Shown: in pieces, positions 31,423-42,579 of the stretch
How positions within the stretch are numbered: position 1 is the stretch's first letter
Layout: each line of letters starts with the position of its first letter
NCBI GenBank assembly: GCA_031416315.1
Contig: JANOTL010000075.1
Location: forward strand, 14,688 to 78,687
Length of the DNA stretch: 64,000 nt
Source of the DNA: Pseudomonadota bacterium
GTDB taxonomy: Bacteria > Bdellovibrionota_B > Oligoflexia > Oligoflexales > CAIYRB01
Direction of reading: 5' to 3'
The notes under the pieces: model-generated
What the model saw: only the letters and a program-made list of their open reading frames with translations
What the model was told of the DNA's origin: nothing
Databases searched by the model: none
Translations under genes and position numbers: made by a program

Positions 31423-32280
31423 ATGCTGCGCACGCGGCTGATTACGGCAGCCGTCCTGCTGCCGCTCGTGCTCGGACTCTTCATTTACGCCCCGTCGTGG
31501 TTCGTGGGCGGCTTCGTGCTTCTGTGCATGGTCCTGACCCTGTACGAGGCGGCCCAAATCCTGATTCCCGCGTTCGAGCGCAAGCTCGCGCCGGAGGCCG
31601 CCCCTGCGGCCAGCCCGCACACTTTCCCGGCGATGACCGTCGCCATCGGCGCCATCGCGCTGATCGTCGTCTGCAACAGCAAGAACGAGGCGAGCGTCGG
31701 CATCATCGCCGCCGGCGCCGTCCTGGCCCTGATCGTCGGCTGCTTCTCGGGGAAGTCGATCGAGCAGTCCATGGCCCGCGCCACGGGCATGGTCCTCGCC
31801 TATGTGTACGGGGCTTTACCCTGGATCGTCGTGTGGCACCTCTTCCTCATGGGGGACAACTCCCGCTACCCCTTGCTCGTCATGGCGATCACCTGGGCCG
31901 GTGACACGGGCGGTTACTTCGGCGGCCGCTTCTGCGGCGGCAAGATCTTCGGTAAGGACCGGAAGCTCGCGGCGGCGATCTCGCCGAAAAAGACCTGGGA
32001 AGGCGCGATTTTCGGCCTCGTCCTGTCGATGGTCGGCGCGGTCCTGATGAATCTCTGCTTTCTGAACACCTTGGCGCCGCTTCCTACCGTAATTCTAACG
32101 GGCCTCGTGGGAGGTATGAGCGCGCAGCTCGGCGACCTGATCGAGTCCTTGTTCAAGCGCTTCGCAGGGGTCAAGGATTCGGGTACGATCATCCCGGGCC
32201 ACGGGGGCTTTCTCGATCGGATCGACGGGATACTCTTCGCGGCGCCCGTCGTCTGGGCGATCGTCTACTACGCCCGTTGA
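31423..32280 (+). CDS. cdsA: Phosphatidate cytidylyltransferase
   Basis: ISPKKTWEG, GDLIESLFKR..GVKDSG..IPGHGGFLDRID. Confidence 0.97.
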   Translation: MLRTRLITAAVLLPLVLGLFIYAPSWFVGGFVLLCMVLTLYEAAQILIPAFERKLAPEAAPAASPHTFPAMTVAIGAIALIVVCNSKNEASVGIIAAGAVLALIVGCFSGKSIEQSMARATGMVLAYVYGALPWIVVWHLFLMGDNSRYPLLVMAITWAGDTGGYFGGRFCGGKIFGKDRKLAAAISPKKTWEGAIFGLVLSMVGAVLMNLCFLNTLAPLPTVILTGLVGGMSAQLGDLIESLFKRFAGVKDSGTIIPGHGGFLDRIDGILFAAPVVWAIVYYAR

Positions 32281-32289
32281 GGGTCACTT

Positions 32290-34032
32290 TTGGCCTCGTT
32301 CTTCACGCATCCCTTGCCGGCCGTCGTCATCTTGCTCGGTGTCCTCGTGTTCTTCCACGAGTTCGGGCATTTCGTCGTCGGCCGCCTTTCGGGGATCGCC
32401 GTCGAGATCTTCTCGATCGGCTTCGGACCCAGGCTCTTCGGCTTCACGTATCGCGGCACGGACTACCGCCTGAGCGGCATCCCGCTCGGCGGCTACGTGA
32501 AATTCGCCGGGGCGCACCCCGCCGAGGACGTGCCTGAGGGCCTCCCCGGCATCGCCTTTCGCGACGCGAGCCTGCCGCGCCGGGCGCTCACGATCCTCGC
32601 CGGACCCCTCGCGAACTTCCTGCTCGCCGTCATCGTCTACAGCGTGCTCGGCATGGACGGGATCTCGCATCCGCCGCCGAGCATCGGCGAGGTGATCGAG
32701 GGCAGCGCGGCCGAAGCGGCCGGCATCAAGCCGGGCGACCGGATCGCTCAGATCGGCGAGACGCCCGTCGTCACTTGGCGCGACATCGAGTCGACGATCT
32801 CACAGGCCCCGGGCAAACGCCTCGATGTCGTGGTCGAGCGTGACGGCAAGCGCGTGCCCCTCGTTCTGACGCCGGCGGAGATCAAGACGCAGGACGGCGC
32901 TGGGCGTGCGGTGACGATCGGTCGCGCCGGGATCGCGCTCGGCCGCTTGCCGGCGATGTTCGCGGTGATCGAGGACGGGGCTCTGCGGCGCGCGGGCGTC
33001 GCAACGGGCGAACGGGTCGTCGGCCTGAAAGTCGGCGCCGAGACGTCCGTGACGATCGCGAGCATGACCGAGCTCCTCCACAAGCTCACGGCGGCGGCGA
33101 AGACCGAAGACGCCGTGACCTTGACGATCGAGGCGGCGCATCCTCCGCGCGACGACGACGAGAGCCTAAGCGGCAGCGGCGAAAAGAAGGCGAAGCCTGT
33201 GCCGGTGACGCGCGAGGTCGGCTTGTCCTTGAAGACCTTGAAGACCTTGCCAGAGCCCTTCAGCAAGAAGGCGACGCTCGCGGCGCTCGGCGTCGCGGAC
33301 GCGCAGCTGACGGTGGGCAACGCGACGGACGGCGCCAAGGCCTCGCTGAGCCCGGGCGACGTCCTCCTGGCATGGAACGGCAGGCCGCTGCGCGACCTCT
33401 ACGCGCTGCGGGAGGAGCTGATCGCGAACACCGAGCCGAAGGCGAAGCTCGACATCGCGCGCGGGCTCGAGCGGCAAGCGGTCGAGATCGATCTGAAGCC
33501 GGTCGAGGTGCAGAAGCCCGAGGGCAAGGCGACGATCTATCAGTTGACCGTCCTCTTTTGGGGTCAGCCGGAAGAGCCGCCGCCGATCATCGAGAAGTAC
33601 GACGGGTTGGTCGCCGCTGTCGGCTACGGCCTGCGCGAGACGAAGGCGCAAACGAAAGAGCTCTTCCGCAACGTCATGAGCCTGATCTCCGGCGACATCC
33701 CGCTGAAGGCGCTCGGCGGCCCGATGCTGATCGCGAAGGTCGCCGGCGACTCGGCGAAGCGCGGTTGGCAGAAGTTCCTCGAGGCGCTGGCGCTGATCAG
33801 CGTCAACTTGGGGCTTTTGAACCTGTTTCCGATCCCCGTGCTCGACGGCGGCCAGCTCCTTTTGATGGGGGCCGAAGGCTTGAAGCGGAAGCCTTTGCGC
33901 GAGGCGGCGGTGGAGAACTTCCAAAAAGTCGGCTTCGCCATGATCCTGGCGCTCGTCGTGCTCGCGACGTACAACGACTTGAGTCGGTTTTGGAAGGCGA
34001 TGCTGGAAAGCGTGGTCGGGCTCTTTCAGTGA
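32290..34032 (+). CDS. rseP: Site-2 intramembrane metalloprotease with PDZ domains
   Basis: HEFGH, GGYVK, AGPLAN, NLFPIPVLDGG. Confidence 0.95.
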   Translation: MASFFTHPLPAVVILLGVLVFFHEFGHFVVGRLSGIAVEIFSIGFGPRLFGFTYRGTDYRLSGIPLGGYVKFAGAHPAEDVPEGLPGIAFRDASLPRRALTILAGPLANFLLAVIVYSVLGMDGISHPPPSIGEVIEGSAAEAAGIKPGDRIAQIGETPVVTWRDIESTISQAPGKRLDVVVERDGKRVPLVLTPAEIKTQDGAGRAVTIGRAGIALGRLPAMFAVIEDGALRRAGVATGERVVGLKVGAETSVTIASMTELLHKLTAAAKTEDAVTLTIEAAHPPRDDDESLSGSGEKKAKPVPVTREVGLSLKTLKTLPEPFSKKATLAALGVADAQLTVGNATDGAKASLSPGDVLLAWNGRPLRDLYALREELIANTEPKAKLDIARGLERQAVEIDLKPVEVQKPEGKATIYQLTVLFWGQPEEPPPIIEKYDGLVAAVGYGLRETKAQTKELFRNVMSLISGDIPLKALGGPMLIAKVAGDSAKRGWQKFLEALALISVNLGLLNLFPIPVLDGGQLLLMGAEGLKRKPLREAAVENFQKVGFAMILALVVLATYNDLSRFWKAMLESVVGLFQ

Positions 34033-34056
34033 GCTGTCTGGGTCGGACTTTTTTAG

Positions 34057-34127
34057 ACCGCAAAGGGCGCAAAGAACGCGAAGGTAGGGTATGAAAAACT
34101 CTTCGCGCTCTTTGCGCCCTTTGCGGT
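34057..34127. repeat. Palindromic repeat element, copy 1 (intergenic)
   Basis: 27-bp arms ACCGCAAAGGGCGCAAAGAACGCGAAG / CTTCGCGCTCTTTGCGCCCTTTGCGGT, 1 mismatch, T/A-rich flanks. Confidence 0.9.
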
Positions 34128-34136
34128 AAAAAATTC

Positions 34137-34847
34137 ATGATCCTGATCATCGATACGAGCATAGTCGGCGTCGCGATGGCCCTGGCCGAGCGCGGCAAGG
34201 GCATGCTGTGGAGCGCAGCGCATACCGAGAATGCCGGCTCGATCCTCGAGATCTCGGAGCTCCTGCGCACTGGCCTCGGGTCCGTCGGCCTAAAATCGGT
34301 CGCGGCACTGCAAGGCGTCGCCGTCTCCGTCGGGCCCGGCTCCTTCACCGGGATCAAGATCGGGCTCGCCTTCGTCCAGGGTTTGCGGCTCGCCGCGCCG
34401 GCGCTGAAGTGCCTGCCGCTCTCCGGCCTGGAAATGGCGGCGCTTCAGCTCGCGCGCGACGCGGGACGTAAAGATTTCGCGTTGCTCCTGCCGGCGACGC
34501 GCACCCACGGCTTTCACGCCGTCGTGACGAACGGCGCGGTGGCGCCGGCGCGGCTCGTCGCATTCGCGGACGGCGGTCCGGCCGAGACCGCCGAGGCCGC
34601 TCGGCTCAAGGCTTTGCCGGAAGGCTTCGCGATCGCCGTCAGCGGCCTCTGGCCTCTCGCGGAAAACGCCTTGGGATCCGCGAGGATCGCCGAAGCACTC
34701 GCGCCTTCCGCGGTGTGCCGCGCGGCGGTTTGTGGTATGTCGGAAAGATCGCTCGACGCGGACTTCGCGGCCTTTTCGGCGGCTTCGCCCGAGCCTCGCT
34801 ACCTTCGACTGTCGACCGCCGAAGAGAAGAAAGGAATCGTCCCATGA
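34137..34847 (+). CDS. tsaB: tRNA t6A biosynthesis protein TsaB
   Basis: LIIDTS, VSVGPGSFTGIKIG, PRYLR. Confidence 0.88.
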   Translation: MILIIDTSIVGVAMALAERGKGMLWSAAHTENAGSILEISELLRTGLGSVGLKSVAALQGVAVSVGPGSFTGIKIGLAFVQGLRLAAPALKCLPLSGLEMAALQLARDAGRKDFALLLPATRTHGFHAVVTNGAVAPARLVAFADGGPAETAEAARLKALPEGFAIAVSGLWPLAENALGSARIAEALAPSAVCRAAVCGMSERSLDADFAAFSAASPEPRYLRLSTAEEKKGIVP

Positions 34848-35725
34848 AGCGTCCGCGGATCGGCGGCGCCGTGTACATCCTCCCGAACTTGCTCACCACG
34901 GGCAATTTGTTCTGGGGATTCTTCGCCATCTTCAAGGCGTTGAACGGCGAATTCGCCTGGGCCGGCTCGGCCGTCCTCCTGGCAGCGGTCTTCGACATGC
35001 TGGACGGACGCGTCGCGCGGCTCACGAACTCCTCGAGCGAGTTCGGCGTGCAGTACGACTCGTTGTGCGACCTCGTGTCGTTCGGCTGTGCGCCGGCGAT
35101 CCTGATGTACCAGTACGGACTCCACCTCTACGGCCGCATCGGCTTCGTGCTCTGCTTCCTGTTCATGGCCTGCGGCGCCCTGCGCCTGGCGCGCTTCAAC
35201 GTGATGAGCGGCATCGGCAAGGCTTCCGGCGATTTCACCGGCCTGCCGATCCCGATGGCGGCCTCGGTCGTCGCCACCTTCCTGATCTTCATGAGCGATC
35301 TCGAGGCGAACGCGGGCACCGCATCGTGGCTCTCGTCGATCTACAGCCGCTATCTGCACGACTCGGCGAACAAAGCGAACTTCCTCCTAGTCGCGGCGCC
35401 GCTCCTGTCGCTCGCGATGGTGAGCAACATCGTCTACCGCTCGCACAAAGCGCTGAAGATCCGCTCGGTGAAGCCGTTCAAGCTGCTCGCCATCTCGACC
35501 TTCTTGATCGCGGTGATCGCCTACCAGCCGGAGACGGTCGGCTTCCTCTTCTGCGCGCTCTATGCGGTCTCGGGCATGTTCGAGTGGGCCATGGGCTGGC
35601 GCAAGGCGACCGAGGACGACGAGATCTTCGCGCCGCACGACGAAGACGACTCGATCATGGAAGAGGACACCCAACGCCAATCGGAGGCTCTGCGGCTGAA
35701 GCTCAGTAAGGAGAGTCCGAAATGA
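34844..35725 (+). CDS. pssA: CDP-diacylglycerol--serine O-phosphatidyltransferase
   Basis: LPNLLT, DMLDGRVAR, FG..YDSLCDLVSFG, LRLARFN, FTGLPIP. Confidence 0.93.
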   Translation: MKRPRIGGAVYILPNLLTTGNLFWGFFAIFKALNGEFAWAGSAVLLAAVFDMLDGRVARLTNSSSEFGVQYDSLCDLVSFGCAPAILMYQYGLHLYGRIGFVLCFLFMACGALRLARFNVMSGIGKASGDFTGLPIPMAASVVATFLIFMSDLEANAGTASWLSSIYSRYLHDSANKANFLLVAAPLLSLAMVSNIVYRSHKALKIRSVKPFKLLAISTFLIAVIAYQPETVGFLFCALYAVSGMFEWAMGWRKATEDDEIFAPHDEDDSIMEEDTQRQSEALRLKLSKESPK

Positions 35726-36741
35726 CGGGCGTGAAAGTCGCGATCGTCGGCGCCACCGGGGCCGTCGGCCGGGAGATGGTGAAGGACCTCGAAGATTCGA
35801 GCCTCACGGACATCGATCTGAGCCTCTACGCCTCGCCGCGCTCCGCCGGCAGCCGCGTGCAGTTCCGCGACAAGACGCAGGAGGTCCAGGCCTTCTCGGT
35901 CGAGAAGCTGAAGGGCGTCGCCTACGTCTTGATGAGCGCGGGCGGCGGTTTTTCGCGCGAGTTCTCCCGTGCCCTGGTTGCCCAAGGCTCTACCGTGATC
36001 GACAACAGCAGCGCCTTCCGCATGGACGAGGGCTCGCCGCTCATCGTCCCCGAGGTGAACGGCGACCTGCTCTTGCGCGACGCGACGCCGAAGATCATCG
36101 CCAATCCAAACTGCTCGACCATCCAGATGGTCGTCGCTTTGAAGCCCTTGGCCGACCACTTTGGCCTCGAGCTCGTCCAGGTCTCGACCTACCAGTCGGT
36201 CTCTGGCACGGGGCAGAAGGGGATGAGCGAGCTCGCCGAGCAGTTGGAGGCGCGCTTCAAGTTCCAGCCGGTCGAGCCCAAGGTCTACGCCCAAGAGATC
36301 GCTTTCAACATGATCCCGGCGATCGACGTGTTCGACGGGGACGGGCACTGCTACGAAGAAGTGAAGATGGTGAAGGAGACGCGCAAGATCATGAACCTGC
36401 CGTCCCTGGAGATCCTGTCCTCGACCGTGCGCGTGCCGACCTTCAACTGCCACGGCGAGACCGTCCTGGTGAAGCTTTCGCGGGCGGTGACGCGCGAGGA
36501 AGCCTTCCTGGCGCTGGAGAGCGGCAAGGGCCTGGTCGTAGTACGTGACGACGACCACAAGGAGCTGCCGACCCCGAAGACGGTGACCGGCGACCCTCGG
36601 GTCTTCGTGTCGCGCGTGCGCTTGATGTACGGTTCGAAGAGCTCGCCCTGGGTGCAGTTTTGGAACGTCGCGGACAACCTCAAGAAGGGCGCGGCCACCA
36701 ACGCGGTGCAGATCCTGGAGACCCTGCTCAAACTTCCGTGA
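35722..36741 (+). CDS. asd: Aspartate-semialdehyde dehydrogenase
   Basis: GATGAVG, IDNSSAFRM, ANPNCST, YQSVSG, DNLKKGAA. Confidence 0.96.
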   Translation: MTGVKVAIVGATGAVGREMVKDLEDSSLTDIDLSLYASPRSAGSRVQFRDKTQEVQAFSVEKLKGVAYVLMSAGGGFSREFSRALVAQGSTVIDNSSAFRMDEGSPLIVPEVNGDLLLRDATPKIIANPNCSTIQMVVALKPLADHFGLELVQVSTYQSVSGTGQKGMSELAEQLEARFKFQPVEPKVYAQEIAFNMIPAIDVFDGDGHCYEEVKMVKETRKIMNLPSLEILSSTVRVPTFNCHGETVLVKLSRAVTREEAFLALESGKGLVVVRDDDHKELPTPKTVTGDPRVFVSRVRLMYGSKSSPWVQFWNVADNLKKGAATNAVQILETLLKLP

Positions 36742-36778
36742 TATCCTAAGGAATCCCGTTCCTTCGGAGGTGATCGTG

Positions 36779-37762
36779 ATGCGCATCCGCGCGCTGCTCG
36801 TCGGTTTCGCACTTCTCGCCACGCCGTTCAGCGCTCTCGCGCAGGACGACGAGGATCCGCCGATGCCCGAGGATGCGGCGGAGGCGCCGCCTCCCGAGGC
36901 AGCCTCTGACGAGCTCGACGACTCTGTGGCGAAGCCGGAAGACGCAGCGGCCGCGGCCGCTGCGGCTGATGCGCCTGTGGCCCCCGCGCCCGAGACGGCG
37001 GCTCCGGCCGCAGCGGTCGCGCCCGCGCCCGAAGGCTCCCTCAGCCTCGACAAGGCGGTCGTGCCTCGCATGTTCGGCAAGTACCGGATCCGCCTCGGCA
37101 TCGCCAATCCGAAGTTCGACGACGGCCTGAAGTTTTACAAAGAGCTCTACGGCAATCCGCGCGGCTTTCCGATGCTGAACGTCGACTACTTCCCGTTCGA
37201 CTTTCCGGTGACGGCCGGCCTCGGCTTGCGCATGGGCTACTACACGGACGAGGGCTTCACGGCGAAGCCGGTGACGAGCAAGGACAAGAAGGACTACGAC
37301 GCGTCGGATGTCACGGAAGACCGCAACGGCCCCGCGAGCATGACCCTGATCCCGCTGCAGATCGGCATCTCGGCGGAGTTCTCGCCCTTCGAGCGCAAGT
37401 GGATCGTGCTCGACGCGTTCCTGGGCTACGAGAAGCTTTACTGGTGGGAGACGCGCACCGTCACCTCGGAGAGCAAACCCTCGACGGGAGCTACGCCCGC
37501 CGCGATCCTAGCCGAGGCGGCCGGGACGGACGACGCGCTGGTGAACAAAGGTGAGAAGAGCGCCACCGTCCTCGGGCTCGCGCTGAACATCCTGCTGAAT
37601 CCGATCGACGAGGCGACGGCGCTGGCCGCGCGCGGAACGCTCGGGATCGGCTCAGTCTACCTGTCGCCTTATCTCGAGATCGTGCGCACGCTGGCGAAAG
37701 AGAACGCCTCGTTCGGACGAACCTCGATGGGACTCGGCTTCACCTTCGAGTCGGCGCGCTAA
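36779..37762 (+). CDS. Putative outer-membrane beta-barrel protein with acidic/Ala-rich N-terminus
   Basis: Signal peptide, amphipathic strands, terminal GLGFTF. Confidence 0.6.
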   Translation: MRIRALLVGFALLATPFSALAQDDEDPPMPEDAAEAPPPEAASDELDDSVAKPEDAAAAAAAADAPVAPAPETAAPAAAVAPAPEGSLSLDKAVVPRMFGKYRIRLGIANPKFDDGLKFYKELYGNPRGFPMLNVDYFPFDFPVTAGLGLRMGYYTDEGFTAKPVTSKDKKDYDASDVTEDRNGPASMTLIPLQIGISAEFSPFERKWIVLDAFLGYEKLYWWETRTVTSESKPSTGATPAAILAEAAGTDDALVNKGEKSATVLGLALNILLNPIDEATALAARGTLGIGSVYLSPYLEIVRTLAKENASFGRTSMGLGFTFESAR

Positions 37763-37771
37763 GGGGCTGGC

Positions 37772-38563
37772 GTGGCCCTTTATCGGCTGGATCTGCGCTA
37801 CGACGGCGCTCCGTTTCAGGGGTGGCAGAGCCAACCCGATCAGTCGGGAGTGCAGGACCATCTCGAGCGGGCGTTGAAGACTTTCCTGCGCCACGACGTG
37901 CGCGTGACCGGCGCTTCGCGCACCGACAGCGGCGTGCACGCGGAGCACCAGGTCGCGACCTTCCAAAGCGAGGTGGCGTTCGAGCCGCGGCGCTGGCTGA
38001 AAAGCCTGAACGGGCTCTTGCCGGATTCCGTGGGCGTCGACAATCTGGCGCTGGTCGCGCCGGAGTTTCACCCGATCTTGTCGGCGAAGGCGAAGGCCTA
38101 TCGCTACCGGCTTTGGGTGAGCGAGCTGCGTCACCCTTTCGTCGCGCCCTTCGTATGGCAGATGCCTGGAGCCCTGGATCTAGGAGCGATGCGCGAAGAG
38201 GCGCGCGCCTTCGTCGGCGCGCACGACTACACCTCGTTCTGCGCGGTCGACTCGAGCGCGAAGACGAAGCTGCGCAAAGTGATCGAAGTGGATCTGCACG
38301 CGGACGGTCCCTTGATCGAGATCTGGGTCGTCGGCGAGGGTTTCCTGAAGCAGATGGTGCGCAGCATGGTCGGCACCCTGGTCGGCGTCGGCGCCGGCCG
38401 GCATCCCCGCGGCAGCGTGGCGCGGATGCTCGCTGCGAAAGATCGCACGGCGGCCGGTCAGACGGCGCCGGCCTTGGGGCTCGCCCTGGTCAAGATCTTC
38501 TACGATGAGGTTGCGACGGCGGAGAGTCTGCGGGCGGGGCGGGGGATGAAGATCGGGTTCTGA
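37772..38563 (+). CDS. truA: tRNA pseudouridine(38-40) synthase
   Basis: YDG..FQGWQ, ASRTDSGVHA, FLKQMVR.MVG, TAPA.GL. Confidence 0.96.
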   Translation: MALYRLDLRYDGAPFQGWQSQPDQSGVQDHLERALKTFLRHDVRVTGASRTDSGVHAEHQVATFQSEVAFEPRRWLKSLNGLLPDSVGVDNLALVAPEFHPILSAKAKAYRYRLWVSELRHPFVAPFVWQMPGALDLGAMREEARAFVGAHDYTSFCAVDSSAKTKLRKVIEVDLHADGPLIEIWVVGEGFLKQMVRSMVGTLVGVGAGRHPRGSVARMLAAKDRTAAGQTAPALGLALVKIFYDEVATAESLRAGRGMKIGF

Positions 38564-38656
38564 GGCACATGAGGCCGACCCCATTTGTCCGTGGGAGCGG
38601 TCCGGCATAATGTGCTATCAATGGAACTAACTCCTTTCTTTTCTAGAGGTTTGCGG

Positions 38657-40456
38657 ATGTCCCGACGCCTTAGCCTTGCTCCCGTCGCCCTGTGCCTCGC
38701 CCTTGGTCTCGCCGCGTGCAAGACCAGCGACGAGCAAGGTAGCGGCAGCGGCTCGGGTGAGAACGAGCGCCTCCGCCCGGACGCCCGCGACACGGCCGAC
38801 ACTCGAGTCCCCGTCGCCCTCTGGTCGCCGCAGCAGCGCCGCGCCACCGCCTCCTATTATTTCCTCGTCGCCGAATACATGGCGATGAAGGAGCGCGACT
38901 ACAAGAAGGCGCTGCCGGTCTACGAGGCGGCGTATGGACTCGATCCGAATCCCTTTCTCGGCGGCAAGATGCTGTCGGCGAAGGCCGCGTCCGGCGACCG
39001 TGCCGACGCGATCCTCGACGCGCGGAAGATGGTGCTCCTCTACCCTCGCGACCCGCAGCTCCGGTTTTTCTACGGCGACATGCTGGCGCAAAGCGGCAAG
39101 TTCCCAGAGGCCGCCGAGCAGCTCGAGAAGTGCACCGAGCTGAATCCGAAGATGGAGACCGCCTACCTCGAGCTGGCCGAGGTCTACCAGCAGCAGAAGG
39201 AGCCGGCAAAGGCGACGGTGGTGATCCGAGAGCTGGTGAGGAACGTTCCGAGCTCGATCGCTGGCTGGTCCCTACTGAGCCGCTATCTGTTGAATGCGCG
39301 GGACTACAAGGGCGCCCTGGTCCCGGCGCGGCGCGCTTGGGAGATGCAGAGCCAGAACCCAGCTTTGACGCAGGTCTACGCCATTCTCCTGCAGCTCAAC
39401 GGCAAGACGAAGCAGGCCGTGCGCATATACGAGCAGCTCTACCGGATGGATCCGACCGACGAAGAGACGACCAATCGGATGATCGAGCTCTACCGTGAGC
39501 TCGGCAACCTGGAAGACGCGCTCGCCCTCCTGGAGGAGCTCGAGCGCGCCTCCGTCGCGGAGAAGAAGGCCGGCAGTCGCCCCGCCGTGCAGATGCAGAA
39601 GGCGTTCATCCTTTGGGAGCTGAAGCGCTTCCAACAGGCCTCAGACCTCTTGAGCAAACTCTCCAAGGACAATCCCGAGTCGGACCGCCTACGTTACTTG
39701 GCCGCGGTCGGCCTCGAGCGCACCGAGCAATGGAAAGCGGCGCTCGACGCCTACGCGGCCGTGCCGCCGAACTCGGCGTTCCGCTACCACGCGGACTTTC
39801 GCATGATCGTCATTTTCAAGGAGCTCAAGCGCTGGGACGACGCCATCGAGCTCGGCCGCAAGACCCTGGCCTCGGCGCAGGCCGAATGGGACGCCTGGGG
39901 CATGTTGTCGGGCGTCTATGCCGATGCCGAGCGCTACAAGGACGCCATCGAGGTCACCGACGACGGCTGGAAGAAATTCCCGACGCGGCCGCGCCTCCTC
40001 TTCCTGAAGGGCGTCTATCAGGAGAAGGCCGGCGACCGCGAAGGCTGCATCGAGACGATGCGCCAGGTGATCGTGAAGGACCCGACCAACTCCAGCGCCT
40101 ACAACTACCTTGGCTACCTCTTCGTCGAGCGCGGAGAGAACCTGGACGAAGCCGAGACCCTGATCCGCAAGGCTTTGGAGTTGAAGCCCGACGACGGCTT
40201 CTACCTCGACTCCCTGGGCTGGCTCTACTTCCAGAAGAAGGAGCTCGACAAGGCGGTCGAGTTCCTCGAGAAGGCGCTGAAGATCGAGCCGAAGGAAGGC
40301 GTGATCATGGAGCACCTCGCCGACGTCAAGAAGGTCAAAGGCGATGCCAAGGGCGCACGCGAGCTCTATGAGGCGGCGCTCAAGACCCCCCTCGAGACGA
40401 AGGACCGTCCGCGGATCGAGGAGAAAGCGAAAGAGCTGCAGAAGGCGGGCCGCTGA
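38657..40456 (+). CDS. TPR-repeat lipoprotein
   Basis: Lipobox LAAC; NYLGY..., YLDSLGW.YF, EHLAD TPR motifs. Confidence 0.9.
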   Translation: MSRRLSLAPVALCLALGLAACKTSDEQGSGSGSGENERLRPDARDTADTRVPVALWSPQQRRATASYYFLVAEYMAMKERDYKKALPVYEAAYGLDPNPFLGGKMLSAKAASGDRADAILDARKMVLLYPRDPQLRFFYGDMLAQSGKFPEAAEQLEKCTELNPKMETAYLELAEVYQQQKEPAKATVVIRELVRNVPSSIAGWSLLSRYLLNARDYKGALVPARRAWEMQSQNPALTQVYAILLQLNGKTKQAVRIYEQLYRMDPTDEETTNRMIELYRELGNLEDALALLEELERASVAEKKAGSRPAVQMQKAFILWELKRFQQASDLLSKLSKDNPESDRLRYLAAVGLERTEQWKAALDAYAAVPPNSAFRYHADFRMIVIFKELKRWDDAIELGRKTLASAQAEWDAWGMLSGVYADAERYKDAIEVTDDGWKKFPTRPRLLFLKGVYQEKAGDREGCIETMRQVIVKDPTNSSAYNYLGYLFVERGENLDEAETLIRKALELKPDDGFYLDSLGWLYFQKKELDKAVEFLEKALKIEPKEGVIMEHLADVKKVKGDAKGARELYEAALKTPLETKDRPRIEEKAKELQKAGR

Positions 40457-41130
40457 TGCGCTTCGTCGCCTTGATGCTCCTCCTCACGGGCTGCATCACC
40501 GGCGCGCCGTCGGAGCCGAAGGCCTTGCCGGCCGTCGTGCATCCGCTCTTCGAGCCCTGCGTTCCGAACGACGGCGCCAGCGCCGTGCAGGTCTTCAAGG
40601 ACGGCCTGATCCAGGCGACGCTCGAAGTGCAGTGGAAGGCCAAGGACGACGGCGACTGGGCTCTCGAGGTCACCAACGCGGCCGGCATCACCATGGTCTC
40701 GCTGGAGAAGTCGGGCGCGAGGCTCAACTTCACCGGCAAGGGCGTGCAGCGCTTTCCCAAGCTGACGATCGATGCCGAGGGCTTTTTGGAGGTCGACGGC
40801 GATCCGGTCGGCATCAAGGCCTCCGAGGTCCCATGCGTGCTCGGCTTCCGTCTGCCCCGCAGCTGGATGAGGCTGGCGTACGACGTCGAGAACGAAGGGA
40901 AGAAGCTGACGGTCGAGATGGCCGACGGCCGCCGGGAGATCCGTATGACGGTGAGGGACACCGACAAGGCGGACTCTTCCTGCACGCGCATCACGTGGAA
41001 GAACTACGTCCTCTTCAAGCAGAAGCTGAACTGGTGTCGATCGGGCGCGTCGGGACAGAAACGCCACGCGGCGCTCACCGGCATCGAGAGCTTCACGTTC
41101 AAATGGGTGGCCGCCGATGACGGCGCCTGA
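40456..41130 (+). CDS. Lipoprotein, possible LolB-like
   Basis: Lipobox LTGC; beta-rich; translationally coupled to the TPR gene. Confidence 0.55.
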   Translation: MRFVALMLLLTGCITGAPSEPKALPAVVHPLFEPCVPNDGASAVQVFKDGLIQATLEVQWKAKDDGDWALEVTNAAGITMVSLEKSGARLNFTGKGVQRFPKLTIDAEGFLEVDGDPVGIKASEVPCVLGFRLPRSWMRLAYDVENEGKKLTVEMADGRREIRMTVRDTDKADSSCTRITWKNYVLFKQKLNWCRSGASGQKRHAALTGIESFTFKWVAADDGA

Positions 41131-41595
41131 AGGCAGCACCGAGATCCTGGACCTCCTGGCGAAGGGCAGCTATTTGACGCCCAACGTCCGCAGCGCTGTC
41201 GCGCGCTTCGCCAAGCGCTGGGAGCTCTCGCATTTCCATGCGCTCCTCATGACCCGCGCGGTCTCCGAGGCCGACTTGGCCGACGCGCTGGCGAAGGGGC
41301 TGGGCATCCATCGCCTCTTTCACGTCCCGACGCTGACCGTGGACGAAGAATGCTTGAAGATCATTGGCTTTCGCCGCGCGCGCCAGTGGGAGTGCCTGGT
41401 GCTGAAAACCGAGGACGGCGCCTACGATCTCGTCTTCGCCGACCCGACCCAGCACGAGCGGACCCGCCAGCTAAAACAAGAGCTTAAGCGCGAATTGACC
41501 TTGAGCGTCAGCGAGCGAGGAGATATCGTGGGAGCGATCGACGAGTTATTCCCTCTCGCTGAGCAACTGCCCAGCCTCTTCCACCAAGACAGACC

Positions 41596-41599
<4 letters not shown>
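41117..41599 (+). CDS. Stand-alone GspE/PilB N-terminal (MshEN-like) domain protein
   Basis: [29 protein letters not shown] pattern; no ATPase domain. Confidence 0.7.
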
Positions 41600-42573
<974 letters not shown>

Positions 42574-42579
42574 GGATCC

